A stretch of DNA of 64,000 bases from Octopus bimaculoides (taxonomy: Eukaryota), in NCBI RefSeq assembly GCF_001194135.2, contig NC_069002.1, forward strand, positions 13,763,580-13,827,579, read 5' to 3'. The notes under the pieces were generated by a model. It made no database searches, had not been told where the DNA came from, and saw only the letters and a list, made by a program, of their open reading frames with translations. Every line of letters starts with the position of its first letter. Positions within the stretch are counted from its first letter, which is position 1. Both the position numbers and the translations under genes were made by a program. Below are positions 24,644 through 37,188 of this stretch, in pieces.

Positions 24644-24832
24644 CTGTAGAAGTCAAAAACAGAAAACATGGGATAAAATTCTTCATTTATTCTTTTCTTG
24701 GCATTCAACCAATTAAACAATAAATTTCAAATTAAACTGAAGCATGTACGGCCAAATTGATAGGGAAGTGGACGAAACAGTTGAAACATCACTAGTCCAC
24801 ATGGTGGTGGTGAGACAGTATTATATCTGCAG

Positions 24833-25249
24833 TCAAGATAAAGTCTTGAGTGAGATTCCATGGCTATTATTGTTTAGTCCATGGTCAAATCTGACAAAAC
24901 AAACACATTTATGATCACAGATCATACCATCTTTTCTCCTGGAATAGTGTACCATGGATGACATCCTCAAATGCGTCTTTTCATAATGAAGTAGGGTGTG
25001 ATTTAAAGGAAACTTGACTGTTATTTCTAGCGATTCAAACAACCCCACAAAGGCAGATTCATTGGCAGTAAGTAGATTCCAGAGAAAAGGAACAACTTTT
25101 TTTTTGTTGCAAGCAGTGGCAGTACTGTAAAAGTGATGAGTGTTTTCTTCCTTTGAAATTCTGAATTTTCTATCTCCTTTGAAAATATGGCCAGAAAAAT
25201 TAACACCCGTCTCTCTTATATAAAAGTCACAAGACTCTTCCTTTAACAC
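24833..25249 (-). mobile_element. Possible decayed piggyBac-like transposase fragment
   Basis: 'NTHHFYST' and 'MVHYSRRKDGMICDHKC' loosely resemble the DNFFTS and YNxxKGGVDxxDQ motifs; weak. Confidence 0.3.
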
Positions 25250-26664
25250 TGGTTTAAATTCAAGATTTAGTTAATTATGGAAAATGTGCCTTTGTGTTCT
25301 GAGTTCAAATCCTGTCCAGGGTACATTTTAGCTTTCATCCACTGAAGGTCAACATAATTGACTAAGCCTTAGCAGGAGCTCCAGCAGGGCCACAATCTGA
25401 TGACTGAAACCAATGAAAGAAATCCAAATGGCTCAACTAACTGCTGCTACTCTCAATTTCACACCTGAACAACTCATCTCAAAGAAACCAGGTAAATTCC
25501 CAGACAGGTTCCATATATTTTATTTAAGTATACAATAAAAAGACGTATTTTACACATTTAACAAACAATAAGGTTGTTGGATCCAGATTTCCGATGGATT
25601 TATTGTATTTCTGAGGGTGAGGGTAGCAAGAGATTGTTTAACTTACCTTAGCAGGGCATTTACTACATGGGGTATTTTTCTTTCAATGCACCGCATTTGG
25701 GAGTTTACTAGCAAATCTTTTGCTTAAAACAGGGTCTAACCTTACTATGGGTACCATGTAACTCAGAACTAGTCCTAATGTCAAATGCTCAATAACTAAG
25801 CAGTGCCTCCCAAATTTATAGGTGATAAGGGTGTTTGGATTAAGAATAAAACTTGTCAAAGGGTAGATGAGTCTACTCTCGTTAAGAAGCCAATACCCAA
25901 TTATTACAGCCTGTATAGACACACACATTATATATATGTGTATAGTTACTTGGTGACTCTGTCGGCGCTGGTGCCACGTAAAAAGCATCCAGACGACACT
26001 GTGAAGTGGCTGGCATTCGGAAGGGCATCCAGCTGTAAAAACCATACCAAAACTGACCACGTCTGTGCAGGTGCCACATAAAAAGCACTCAGACCACTGT
26101 GCGGGGTGGTTGGTATTAGGAAGGGCATCTAGTCGTAAAAACCAAATCAAAACAGACACAGTAGTCTGGTGCAGTCTTCTGAAACCTGGCCGGCTCCTGT
26201 CAAACCGTTCAACCCATGTCAGCTTGGAAAACGGGCGATGATGCTTATATATATATTCTGTAAATAATAATATTCTATAATCTTAAAGCTTATAAACCGT
26301 CACCGCGTATTGTCTAAAGAAAATAGTCTAATATTTCCAGTGGGTAACAGGCTCAAAAGATGTCAGGGCCTTTTACAATAAAGAACTCAGAAACTGAACC
26401 AAAGTTCCTCCAAAATCGATCCCCTCCAAAATTTTATCGGCAAATTTGTAATCTACACCCTCGCAAACGCATCTCTACAAAATGTCATTAGAGACTATTC
26501 GTTTTAAAGATAGTTATGAGGAAATAAAGTCAGTAGGTGGTGGTGGTGGTGGCTATCAGGAGTTATGTCAATTGATTGACCCTGCTAAATTCGGAGAACT
26601 GTGTGTAAATCCATGGCAGATAAGAGGGAGAAATAAATAAAAGATCTTGCAGTTGGTTACTTAC

Positions 26665-26864
26665 GAGCAATGGAGACAGTAGAATTGCGCAGCGCCAGGC
26701 AAATCATAATTTACGGCTTGATTCAATAATTTCGAGGCCACTGCAGGTTTCATGTCGTCGTGGATTTGATCAACGTCCCTTCCATAACGTTTAGTCTTCC
26801 ATTTCTTCTTAAAAGTACAAGCAGATTTGTTCTTATGAAAGCCCTTCTTCGACGTGTGGGTCAT
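26665..26864 (-). CDS. ZNF593: ZNF593/BUD20-family zinc finger protein, exon 1
   Basis: [13 protein letters not shown]...[18 protein letters not shown]...[13 protein letters not shown]; the 'D.D.IH..' and 'DLPG.gQ.YCL.C' motifs; phase-2 gtaagt donor. Confidence 0.93.
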
Positions 26865-26899
26865 GGTTGTTTACACGTGCTGAGTCAGAGAGAAAAGAG

Positions 26900-27010
26900 G
26901 AAGTTGGTGCTTGTTGTAATAACTCTTCTGTTAAGTGGAGATAGATTTAGTGCGGGGAGGTGCTAGCTCTGACGTCATTCATCAACGTTCGGTCGCGTCT
27001 TTACCTGACC
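26900..27010 (-). promoter_or_regulatory. Likely ZNF593 promoter with a CRE palindrome
   Basis: CpG-richer unique sequence; TGACGTCA at 26970-26977, about 105 bp upstream of the ATG. Confidence 0.5.
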
Positions 27011-27249
27011 GGACAACTTTAAACAACAAAACAATCAGCTGATTTTTTTTTAAAAACCGTGATATCTATACACAGCCAATGCTTTACTTAATAACAATAA
27101 TTATCGTTATTATTTGGCGATCGTTACGATATAGTTTCGATTCCAAGTTAAGAACCAATTCACTTCACTTTGAGAAAAAAATATAATGTCAAAAATCTCA
27201 TTTCTTTCTTTCACAAATAAGAACTCCAAGAGTGTATTCCTATAATGAT

Positions 27250-27825
27250 TTACTTGTTTCAGGCATTTGATTGCGGCCATGCTGGAGCACCTGCTTAATG
27301 GGTGTTTTTAGTCGAAGAAATCGACCCCAGAACTTATTCTTTGTAAGCCTAGTACTTATTCTATCGATTTCCTTTGCCGATCGGTTATTAAGTGATAGTG
27401 GGACACAGACACAATGACACTCACACAAACACACATATACATATACGACAGGCTCCTTTCAGTTTCCATCTACCAAATCCACTCACAAGGCTTTGGTCGG
27501 CCCGAGGTTATAGTAAAAGACACTTGCGCAAGGTACCACGTAGTGGGACTGAACCTGGAACCATGTGGTCGGGATACAAGCTTCTTACCATACTGCCACG
27601 CCTGTGCCTATGTATGGTAATATATCTTTTTTTTTTTTTTCCAGCCATTGGACTGCCTCAAAAGTTCTTTTTAGTCGAACAACTGAAACTCAGTATGTAT
27701 TCTGTTGGTCTATTTTGCCGAACTGCTAAGTTACAGGGACATAAGCACAAGGCAATGCTGGTTAGATATACACACATATTACAGGTTCCTTCCAGTTTCC
27801 ACCTATCAAATCCACTTACAAGGTG
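27250..27825 (-). mobile_element. SINE family A, one full and one partial copy
   Basis: Family A head, body and tail. Confidence 0.8.
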
Positions 27826-29579
27826 TAAAACACTTCCTTTTTTCCGAGCTGAGATTCGAAACCAAATCTAAGGATTCTCTCTCGTCTGATCCACCACTGG
27901 CCAAACAGGCGTGAAAGAAATTTCTTTGTCCTGTCAAAAAGTGATGGATGGATTTTTCTTCAATCTCCAACCTGAACTGTGTCATTTATGGTTCAAGTGG
28001 ACAAGAGGTGACCTACATAGGTAGAAATTTCTCCTATGGTATGTCTGTCCTTCTAGCTGGGATAACCCTTATGAATACCGTCAGACACATGACAGATAAG
28101 CAGACAGCCAGTAAGAGACAAATGGTTGACAGACCGCAGTTAACTTGTGCCAGTCAAGCAGCCAACACAGAACCACATGTTCGGCATGAATGACCGAACG
28201 CAGTAGCAGTTGCAGAACATACACAGACATGACCAAATGACCAACGCACACACAAACACAAAACATGCCCAGTTCTTCCTCATCACATCAACACAGTATT
28301 TCTCCTGTTTATTTTTTACTTCGCCAACTCGAAATAAGTTGGTAATGTCATGTAGCGGATTTTCTTGTGTATACAACATGTAAATGTAAGTGTCAATTAA
28401 ATAAATTATTTAAACCACAATCTGATGCTTTCCTATTGTTTTACTTTGATGTAGTCCACATGCCTATTTCATCTGCTACCTCAATATCTTTTGTGCTCAA
28501 AAATATGGATAGAGTTAGCAAAAGTGGAAGAAGGCCTAGAAAGACAAGAGATGACATGGGGTAAATTGATCTGAAGATATTGAACTTCACAAAAAGAAAA
28601 CAGAGGACCATGATGATTGGTAACATGCAACACTAGAGAAAACCAGGACTTCCATATGAGCAAGGCAAAGAAAACATTAAAACAAGGGTAGTGATGATGG
28701 CTGGGATAATCATATTACACTTGTACTCTGCCCTCTCCCTCTCTTTCACTGGTCCTCTCTTTACAGATCCTCTGCCTCCTCAACATCTCATCTTTCTCTT
28801 CCTAATGTATGTTGCACCATTATCCCCCCCCCCAGCTTCTCATATTCACTATACACTCTCATTCATATAACATAGGGTTATATGAACTCGCTTTACTATC
28901 ATTACCTCTCTCTCTCACACACACACACTCCCTTTCTGTTTCTCCCCCTCTAACCTCTAAGTCTATCATTTCTCTTTCATGACTTTCCCCAGCCCTGTCC
29001 CTTCTTTTACCTTTTCATAAAAATGAATTCGTTCTTCCCATCATACTTTTACTTCTCTTAACACCTCACCTTCAACTCTGCTTGTATCATCATCCTCTCC
29101 TTTATTCTTCCTCTTAAAGTACTGGAAACTCTTTAACATTACAAGTTACACAGGAGAACTTTTATCAAGACAGATGCATTTAAGACAGTTGTTACAATGT
29201 AAGTTGGGTTAAAAACAAAAGCAAAATAACAATGAAAAACAAAGGTTTACACTTTATTTTATTATTCAATATTTCGGCTCTAAAAATCCCTTAACAAGAA
29301 AAGAAATACTGAAAACTGATATTAGCTCCAATCACTGATAAGAGGATATCGAAAGATGGGGGTGGGAAGGAACAGGCAGATGGGAATATAAAATTTGCTA
29401 ATTAGCATCACAAAACATTTGTCTGATGCTGAGGTGGGGTTTTAATTTTTTTTTTAACCAATAAGTTTTCTTTCCTTCATTTGTAGGGATTGTAAAGGGT
29501 AACCATGTTCTTCATTGGATCCAAAAGATGATTTCCCATTTCACTTCCTCATTCCACCTAGATTGTCTTTTTTTTTTTT

Positions 29580-29910
29580 TGTTTACTTGTTCCACTCATT
29601 AGACTGTGGCCATGCTGAGGCACTACCTTGCAGAAATGTTAGTGGGGATATAAACACACCAACACCGGTTGTCAAGTGGTGGTGGTGGGGGGACAAGCAT
29701 AAGCACAAAGATACTCACACATATACATATATGCATACATACATACAATGGGCTTCTTTCAGTTTCCTTCTACTAAATCCACTCACAAGACTTTGATTGA
29801 GTTGAGGCTATGATAGAAGATACTTGCTCATGATGCCACGCAGTGGGACTGAACCTTGAACCATGTGGTTGGGAAGCAAACTTCTTACCACATGGCCATG
29901 CCTGTGCCTT
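29580..29910 (-). mobile_element. SINE family A, diverged
   Basis: Family A body and head. Confidence 0.78.
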
Positions 29911-30268
29911 ATTTTACTTACTTTCCTAATGCTATTGAGAAAAGCATAATTGTCACAAAATCACTTTTTATATTCATTGATAATCTGGTATTTTCTCATT
30001 AATTTCCTTGTTTTCGTCAGTAGGAAAATGATGATGATAAAAAATAGAGAATTACATTGAATTCTGTGATATATTTAGATCTGTATCTTTTTGTTCTGAG
30101 TTCAAATGTTGTCAAGCCACACTTATCTCGTCCTGGATATGGGGCTATTAAAATAAATACCCATAACATAACTGCAAAGATGTTTTTGTGAATTAATTAA
30201 TAAAAATAGATTATTGTTGCTCTTGTTGTTGTTGCTGTGTGAAGTTGTATGTTCAAAACTTGTTTGTC

Positions 30269-31147
30269 TCAGTTTCCTAATATTTTACGAGCAAACGAAG
30301 AAGAAACACACTCAGGTCTTGGTGTAGCTAATGGTAAAATTTCCATTTTGTTGTATTTGATGCTATTTATGTTCTGTTTAAGAGAGGAACCATTTTGAGT
30401 CAAAGATTTTGGAACAGAAGCAGTATCCTTATTCACAGATAATGTTTTTAAAGGTTGGTTCCACATACATTTCTGTAAAGTTCTTGGTGAAAAGGAAGCA
30501 ATTCTTTTAGTGTTTAAGGCATTTCTGCTATCTCTCATAGAATTATGGTTGTTTAATTTCGACAACAAGTCCTTGTATGAATCAAAATTCAAATGTCTTT
30601 GACTTTCAGTGATTTTTTTCTGGTAAATTTTCCCCATTGTAGTTTTTAAGCGATCTTGGTAAGGCATAAAACCATGAATTGAAGAATAGATGAATGTAGG
30701 ACTGTCAAGAACTGATTGGTGGAAACGTGACTTGAATGCTTTGGATTTTGTAATCAATATATCAGAATTGTTTATATTTGTTTTATCTGAATTTGCCTGC
30801 AGATGTATTGAAGCCTTGTAATCTTGAATACCATTATTCTCAGTAGTGTCACATTTAGATTCAGTAAAAGAAGTTGGTGTTTTATTGGTAAGCTTCAAAT
30901 TTGAAATGCTTTTCTCTTGAATCCAAAATTTCTTGTAGGAACTTTGAGGAATCTGGAGGTTTTCTGTCGAAGACTTACTTAAAGCCACCTGCGAAATATC
31001 TAAAAGTAAATTGTTGGTTCTTATCGTATAAAAATGTTCATATTTTGTGTCTTTGTAATTTTGCTTTACAGCAATATCTTTGCTTCTTAAACCAACCATT
31101 TTCCGTGAGAAATTCCTGTTATTTGAAGTAGGTTTCAATTCTTTCAT
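30269..31147 (-). CDS. Uncharacterised S/T/K/N-rich ORF, 292 aa from the first ATG
   Basis: About 0.9 kb stop-free frame in AT-rich unique sequence; no recognisable domain or repeat signature. Confidence 0.45.
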   Translation of the reverse strand: MKELKPTSNNRNFSRKMVGLRSKDIAVKQNYKDTKYEHFYTIRTNNLLLDISQVALSKSSTENLQIPQSSYKKFWIQEKSISNLKLTNKTPTSFTESKCDTTENNGIQDYKASIHLQANSDKTNINNSDILITKSKAFKSRFHQSVLDSPTFIYSSIHGFMPYQDRLKTTMGKIYQKKITESQRHLNFDSYKDLLSKLNNHNSMRDSRNALNTKRIASFSPRTLQKCMWNQPLKTLSVNKDTASVPKSLTQNGSSLKQNINSIKYNKMEILPLATPRPECVSSSFARKILGN

Positions 31148-31314
31148 GGTTTCTATTTCCACAGCAATAAATCCACTGGCATTGTCAATTTAATGGACTT
31201 GGGTGAGTACTAAAGAGTGATTCAGATTTAGGTTAAACAACTTGTTTTTCAAATAAAACTAATTCATGTAGTAGCAGTTGATAGCAAATTAACAAAATTT
31301 AAAAGGGTTAGAGC

Positions 31315-31351
<37 letters not shown>

Positions 31352-32719
31352 ATAGTTATCTTTCTAATTTTGGTGCAAGGCCAGCAATTTTAGGGTAAGC
31401 AGGACAAGTCGATTAAATTGACTGCAGTACTTGACCAGGAGTTTATTTCATCAGCTTCAAAGGGATAACTCAAGCATAAAGAACTGGAAGAAATACCACC
31501 AGGCATTTTGTTTGACACTAACCATTCTATCAATCCATCACCCTTGTAATAATGATAATAATAATAATAATAATAATAATAATTTATTTCATTTGTCACA
31601 AGGATGAAGGGAGAAGGGACATAATAAAGACAAATCACTGAGATGGCAAAGTTCTTCCTGGAATTAATGATGGGTATGGAGAAAATTAGGAACCGAAATA
31701 ACCAAATCCAATCATATTGGAGTTGGTAGGATTTGCTCCCAGAATAAGAAATTGATATATATTATCTTGTTGCCAATAATCCAGTGAATCCTTGTTCTTC
31801 ACTCATTCACGTCAGGGTCAAACATATAACAAATTAATATTTGTCTTTAAAATGGTTGATCCTCACAGTTAGACAATAAAACACCTGGATATATTGTCTG
31901 GTCTTCATTCACATTTCTTTGTTACAATGAAGAAGACATCCAAGACTAAAAGAGTTTATGAATTCAGTTGTTAACGAAATGTTCTTCCAGAAAAACTGGA
32001 ATCATGTCATATTAATCCAAAGATGAACCTAAATTTGAAAGAAAAGGGAAAAAAAAGCATTAAGTCGGTAATTAGGAGTGATTACATGAGGTTTCAATAA
32101 AGGAAAAAACAATAATTATTTCAGAGAGTAAAAAATAAAATCTGTATAAAATATATTTTAAAAGCATTTCCAAGTAATGCTTTATCTTACACAGACTCTG
32201 TGTGTGTGTGTGTGATAGAGAGAGAGAGAGAACAGAGGCAGTTAACATAAGAGGAGCAGGATGAGTGATGAGTGTCTGATAACTTTCTGAAAAATACACA
32301 TTTTTTTAAAATTAAATTTTGCAGAGACAGGTTTTCAATGGAGTAGATTGTGATTATGTGGATGAGATTTAGAAAAATAATACATTTATTGAAAATATTC
32401 AAATGATCATGATAGTGAAATAAACAAGTCATGGGGTATTAAGAATGAAATAATCCCAAAAGTCATTGGAACTGTAGGACTCATGAAGAAGAGTGGGGTG
32501 GGAAGAAAACGTCACTAATTAGACAGCATCAACATCTATCCCCTACAGGGGATGGTCCACACACTATAGAGAGTGTTGTTAATCAGGTGACATTGTCTCT
32601 AATGCGCTACCTCAGGCCCACTGTTTGGACCTGGTCCTACTTGATATAAAGCAGGGAGTACAAAAGAATGTTGTTTTCGATTGATTAGAAGGACTGAAGG
32701 ACTCATGATGTTTGGGGAA

Positions 32720-33178
32720 GTACAAAGGAGAAACAGAAAAAGAAAGAAAACAATGAAACAATTGTGGGTGGATGAAAGGCGAAGTTGATCTTGGTGGAAT
32801 TTGAACTCAGAACGTAAGGATGGACAAAATGCTGCTAAGCAGTTTGCCCAGCTTGCTAACAATTCTGCCACCTCGCAACCTTAATAATGATAATAATACT
32901 AATACTAATACTAATAATAATAATAATAATAATAATCCCTTCTACAAAAAGCACAAGGCCTGAAATTTTGAGGGAGGAGACTAGTCGATTTCATTGACCC
33001 CAGTGTTTCACTGGTACTTAATTTATTAACCCCAAAAGGATGACAGGCAAAGTTAACCTCAGCAGAATAATGATGATAATGATAATAATAATAATCCTTT
33101 CTACTATTGGCACAAGGGCTGAAATTTTGCGGACGGGACTAGTTGATTACATAAACTCCAGTGTGTGACTGGTACTTA

Positions 33179-33232
<54 letters not shown>

Positions 33233-33770
33233 TATTATTGTTATTATTATTATTATTTCAATTTTTTGCCACAAGGGCAGCTTAGGGAAGGGTCTAGTTG
33301 ATTACATCAACTCCAGTGTTCAACTGGTACTTATTTTATTGACCCCCGAAAGGATGAAAGGCAAAGTCAACCTCGGCTGAATTTGAACTCAGAACATAGT
33401 GATGGATGAAATACCGCTAAGCATTTCATCCAGCGTGCTAACGATTCTTCCAACTCACTGCCTTAATAATGATAATAATAATAATAAGAAGAAGAAGAAG
33501 AAGAAGAATGATAATAATAATAATAACAACAACAACAATAATAATCCTTTCTACAATAGACACAAGGCCTGAAATTTTGGGGACCTCGACCCCCTAATGT
33601 TTGACCTCGATCCCCTAATGTTTTTGGACCTCGACTCCCTAATGTTTAACCTCAATCCCCTAATGTTTTTGGACCTTGACCCCCTAATGTTTGAATGGTA
33701 CTAATTGTATCGCCCCCGAAAGGATGAAAAGCAAAGTTGATCTCCGCAGAATTTGAACTGATAACAACAA
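32720..33770 (-). mobile_element. Head-to-tail pile of about 5 SINE family D copies separated by (AAT)n
   Basis: AATCC(T/C)TTCTAC..GGCACAAGG-type tail recurs at about 32935, 33090, 33260 and 33540. Confidence 0.82.
33581..33693 (+). repeat. Minisatellite, 5 units of 21-24 bp (GACCTCGACCCCCTAATGTTT) inside a SINE-D copy
   Basis: Tandem units read directly. Confidence 0.9.
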
Positions 33771-34179
33771 CAACAGCAATAATAATAATAGTTTCTCTTA
33801 CCTTTACTTTTCCCCAAATAAATTCACTGAAGATTAATTACTCTGGTTGAGTAATTAAGGGATCAAACATATCCCGATTTGGTAATCTTCCACTTGGTTG
33901 GGCTGTGTGTTATGTGTTCTGGTCTAAACACTGAGACTGTCTCTCACAGCAAGTCCTCACTCTGAGGAACAGATTATAAAACCAGAGAGAGAGACAGACA
34001 GACAGAGAAACAGAGACAAACAGAACAACTTGGCTTTGGTGTTGCTGGTTTGTCAGTCAAACAAGTAACTGCTACAAAGGTTTAGTGTTCAACTGTGTTG
34101 TGGTGAGATTAATCTTCTCCTGCCTCACGCCACTCGAGAATTTCCCAACTGGAAACATTATGGAGTTGAAATAAATAGT

Positions 34180-34420
34180 ATGAGATTTCTTTCTTTCTTT
34201 CTTCCTTTATTTCTTTCTTTTTCTCTCTCTGTCTTTGTTTGTCTGTTTTTCTTTTTTTCTTTCTTCCTTTCTTTCTGCTTCTCTCTGTTTGTTTGTTTGT
34301 TTGTTTGTTTCTTTCTTTCTGTTTCTCTCTCTCTTTGTTTGTTTATTTGTTTCTTTCTCTTTTTCTTTCTTTCTTCCTTTCTTTCTGCTCCTCTTTCTTT
34401 CTTTCTTTCTTTCTTTCTAT
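34180..34420. repeat. (CTTT/GTTT)n tract
   Basis: Read directly. Confidence 0.92.
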
Positions 34421-34724
34421 AAAATGAACTTGTAGCTGATGTTCTTCTTTACTAGAAACAACAACTCAGTCCATTTCATTTTGTTATTGTGCTTTTTGTT
34501 AGTGGCATGAATAATAATAATAATAACAACAACAACAACAACAGTAATAATAATCCTTTCTACTATAGGCACAAGGCCTGAAATTGTGGGGGTGGGTGGA
34601 GAAAGTCAATCACATCAACCAGTACTTGATAATTTGTCGACCCCAAAAGGATGAAAGGCAAAGTCGACCTCGGCGGAATTTGAACTCAGAAAGTAAAGAC
34701 GGATGAATAATAATAATAATGATA

Positions 34725-35130
34725 CTTTTATCTTTTACTTGTTTCAGTCATTAGACTGTGGCCACACTAGAGCACTGCCTTGAATTTTTAGTTGAATGAA
34801 TCAACCCCCATCACCATACTTCTTTCTTTTTAAGCCTGGTACTTATTCTATCGTTCTCTTTTGTTGAATCGCTAGTGTTACGGAGACACAAACACACCAA
34901 GACAACAAACACAGACACAAAGATATACACACATAGATATATATACACACATATATATATATATACACACATACGGTGGACTTTTTTCAGTTTCCATCTA
35001 CCAAATCCAATCACAAGGCTTTGGTCAGCCTGAGGCTATAGTAGAAGACACATGCCCAATGTGCCACATAGAGGGACTGAACCTGTAACCATGTGACTAG
35101 GAAGCAATCTCCTTACCACACAGCCACACA
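34725..35130 (-). mobile_element. SINE family A
   Basis: Family A head, microsatellite and tail. Confidence 0.8.
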
Positions 35131-35219
35131 TATTTATTTGGTTTTAAGTGTTCTCAGTGTTGTAGATTGTGAAGTGTGAGTGTACATAAAATTGGTGTTG
35201 GTAGGAGATAACTTTCTGT

Positions 35220-35469
35220 GTGTAGTCACTACATAATACATACATATATGGGGGTATGTAAGCATGTGTGTATGTATGTATGCATGTATATATGTATGTA
35301 TATTTATATGTATGTATATATATACATATATATCTGTGTGTGTTTGCGTGTGAGTATTGTGTATGTATTTACATTTGCTGAATATGGATATGGATATATT
35401 ATGTATGTATATATTATATGTATGCATATGTCTATATATATGTGTGTGTACACGCACATGCATACATAC

Positions 35470-35528
<59 letters not shown>

Positions 35529-35545
35529 CATATATACACACATAT
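35220..35545. repeat. Compound (TA)/(TG)/(TACA)n microsatellite
   Basis: Read directly. Confidence 0.92.
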
Positions 35546-36126
35546 AGCTAAAATTTTAATATAAACAATGTATTATATCTGTGGTTTGAGTGTATGAGAG
35601 AGAGAGAGAGAGAGTGTGTGTGTTTGCTCACAGAAATGTGTCGCCCTTGTTACTGAAGCAGCTATCATATTCAGCATTTGTTGTCCCTTTATCTTAAACT
35701 CTGTTTGCCTCTCCTCTTTGGCAGAGCTTAACTGTGGCACCATAAATTAACTTCACTGCTAACCTGTTGCTGAGAGACCTTACTAAGATGTTAATCTGAA
35801 GTGGCTTAAGGACTTGGAGACATACATACAGGCACACACGCACACACATACATGTTTACACACACAAACACACACCAACATACACACATGCAATCACCTA
35901 TGCGCACACATGCAAACCATACACATACACACTGATGATGGTGGGTGGTAGAAACTTATTTTAGACAGATGAATAAATAAATAGCCAGATATAAATACAG
36001 AGAAGGACAAGGGGAAGATAAAGAAAGAGAGAGAACGAGAGTAAGAAAGAGAGAAAAATGCAACTACACACACACCCATACACATATGTATATGTGTGTG
36101 TGTATTTAATATTTTTATATGTGTAT

Positions 36127-36181
<55 letters not shown>

Positions 36182-36352
36182 TTTATTTAAAAGCAGCAGA
36201 AATATAACAAAAGACTGTTACTCGGAGTTTCACGTTCCCGTTCATCGGACAGTTTTGTTAGAAATGGGAAAGGAATGACAATGCAATTACTCTACCTCTG
36301 GTATTTGAGTACTCTTTTTTCCACCTTGTTGCACATTTTATGTGCTTACTCC

Positions 36353-36387
<35 letters not shown>

Positions 36388-36545
36388 CATATACATACAA
36401 ATATATATATATATACACATACAGGTATACATACATACGTATATACTTAACTCATATATTTGTACACCAGTAAGGGCATAGGTGCAAAACAAAGTGGGAA
36501 AGAATAGTACTCAAATGCTAAGGATAGAATAAAGTACTAACCTTA
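36182..36545 (-). mobile_element. Penelope-like terminal fragment among (TA)n tracts
   Basis: Carries a hammerhead-like motif; about 36295-36330 recurs in inverted form at about 36487-36520. Confidence 0.45.
36214..36253 (-). ncRNA. Hammerhead-like motif with U4C core variant
   Basis: ACTGT-CCGATGA-ACG(GGAA)CGT-GAAA-CTCCGAG-TA-ACAGT; stems I, II and III all pair. Confidence 0.6.
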
Positions 36546-36962
36546 TCAATACTTTATAACTGCTTGTCAGATGATTCAAAGCCTGAATCATCAGAGCCAT
36601 TGGATGAAGAGTTTTGAGGCACTTTGAGTTTCAATAAAATAATATGTATGTATGTATAAGCAGCGAGCTGGCAGAAACATTAGCATGCTGGACGAAATGC
36701 TTAGTGGTATTTAGTTTTTCTTTATATTCTGAGTTCAAATTTGGCCAAGGTCGACTTTGACTTTCATCCTTTTGGTGCTGATAAATTAGGTATCAGTTGT
36801 GTACTGGGGTTGATCTAATCGATTGCCCCACTCCCCAAAAATTTTGTGCTTTGTGTCTAGGGTAGAAAATATGTATGTATGTCTGTACCTGTGTGTGTGT
36901 GTGTGTGCATGTGTGTGTGGGTGCATGCATGAGTGTGTATATGTATGTATATAGGATTTTAG

Positions 36963-37188
36963 CCTTTTAGCAGCATTCAGATTACACTTTTAAATGTAAT
37001 GCTTATTTATTCACATTGTTTTGAATTAATTATGCTTTACCACTTAATTTCAAGATTTCAATGATGTGGTTATTTATAATGGCATTGTAGGGTAGGTGTG
37101 AGTGGCTGGATCTGGCTGATTTGAACATAAAACAGGTAGAATACTTGTGTCAGATGTGGCCAGTTTAAATGCTTTAAATGCTAAATGG
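36963..37188. mobile_element. piggyBac-type MITE, same family, inverted
   Basis: Reverse-complement similarity to 56625-56896; ends AAATGCTAAATGG-TTAA. A partial copy lies at about 20925-21057. Confidence 0.7.

Noticed and set aside
25395-25415. CTGATGA-CT-GAAAC resembling a hammerhead core
   Set aside because: No stem II; it is a variant of the SINE-A tail ATGACTGAAAC.
27815-27930. Exon-like segment with a GTAAGT donor on the minus strand
   Set aside because: The donor comes from the SINE-A body, and the peptide is unrecognisable.
29325-29365. CTGATAA..GAAAG possible hammerhead
   Set aside because: Core altered and stems too weak.
33581-33693. CRISPR-like repeat array
   Set aside because: No unique spacers and a eukaryotic context; it and 48041-48190 are minisatellites.
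34180-35551. Phe/Leu-rich and Tyr/Ile-rich ORFs
   Set aside because: Microsatellite translations; likewise 49778-50273.
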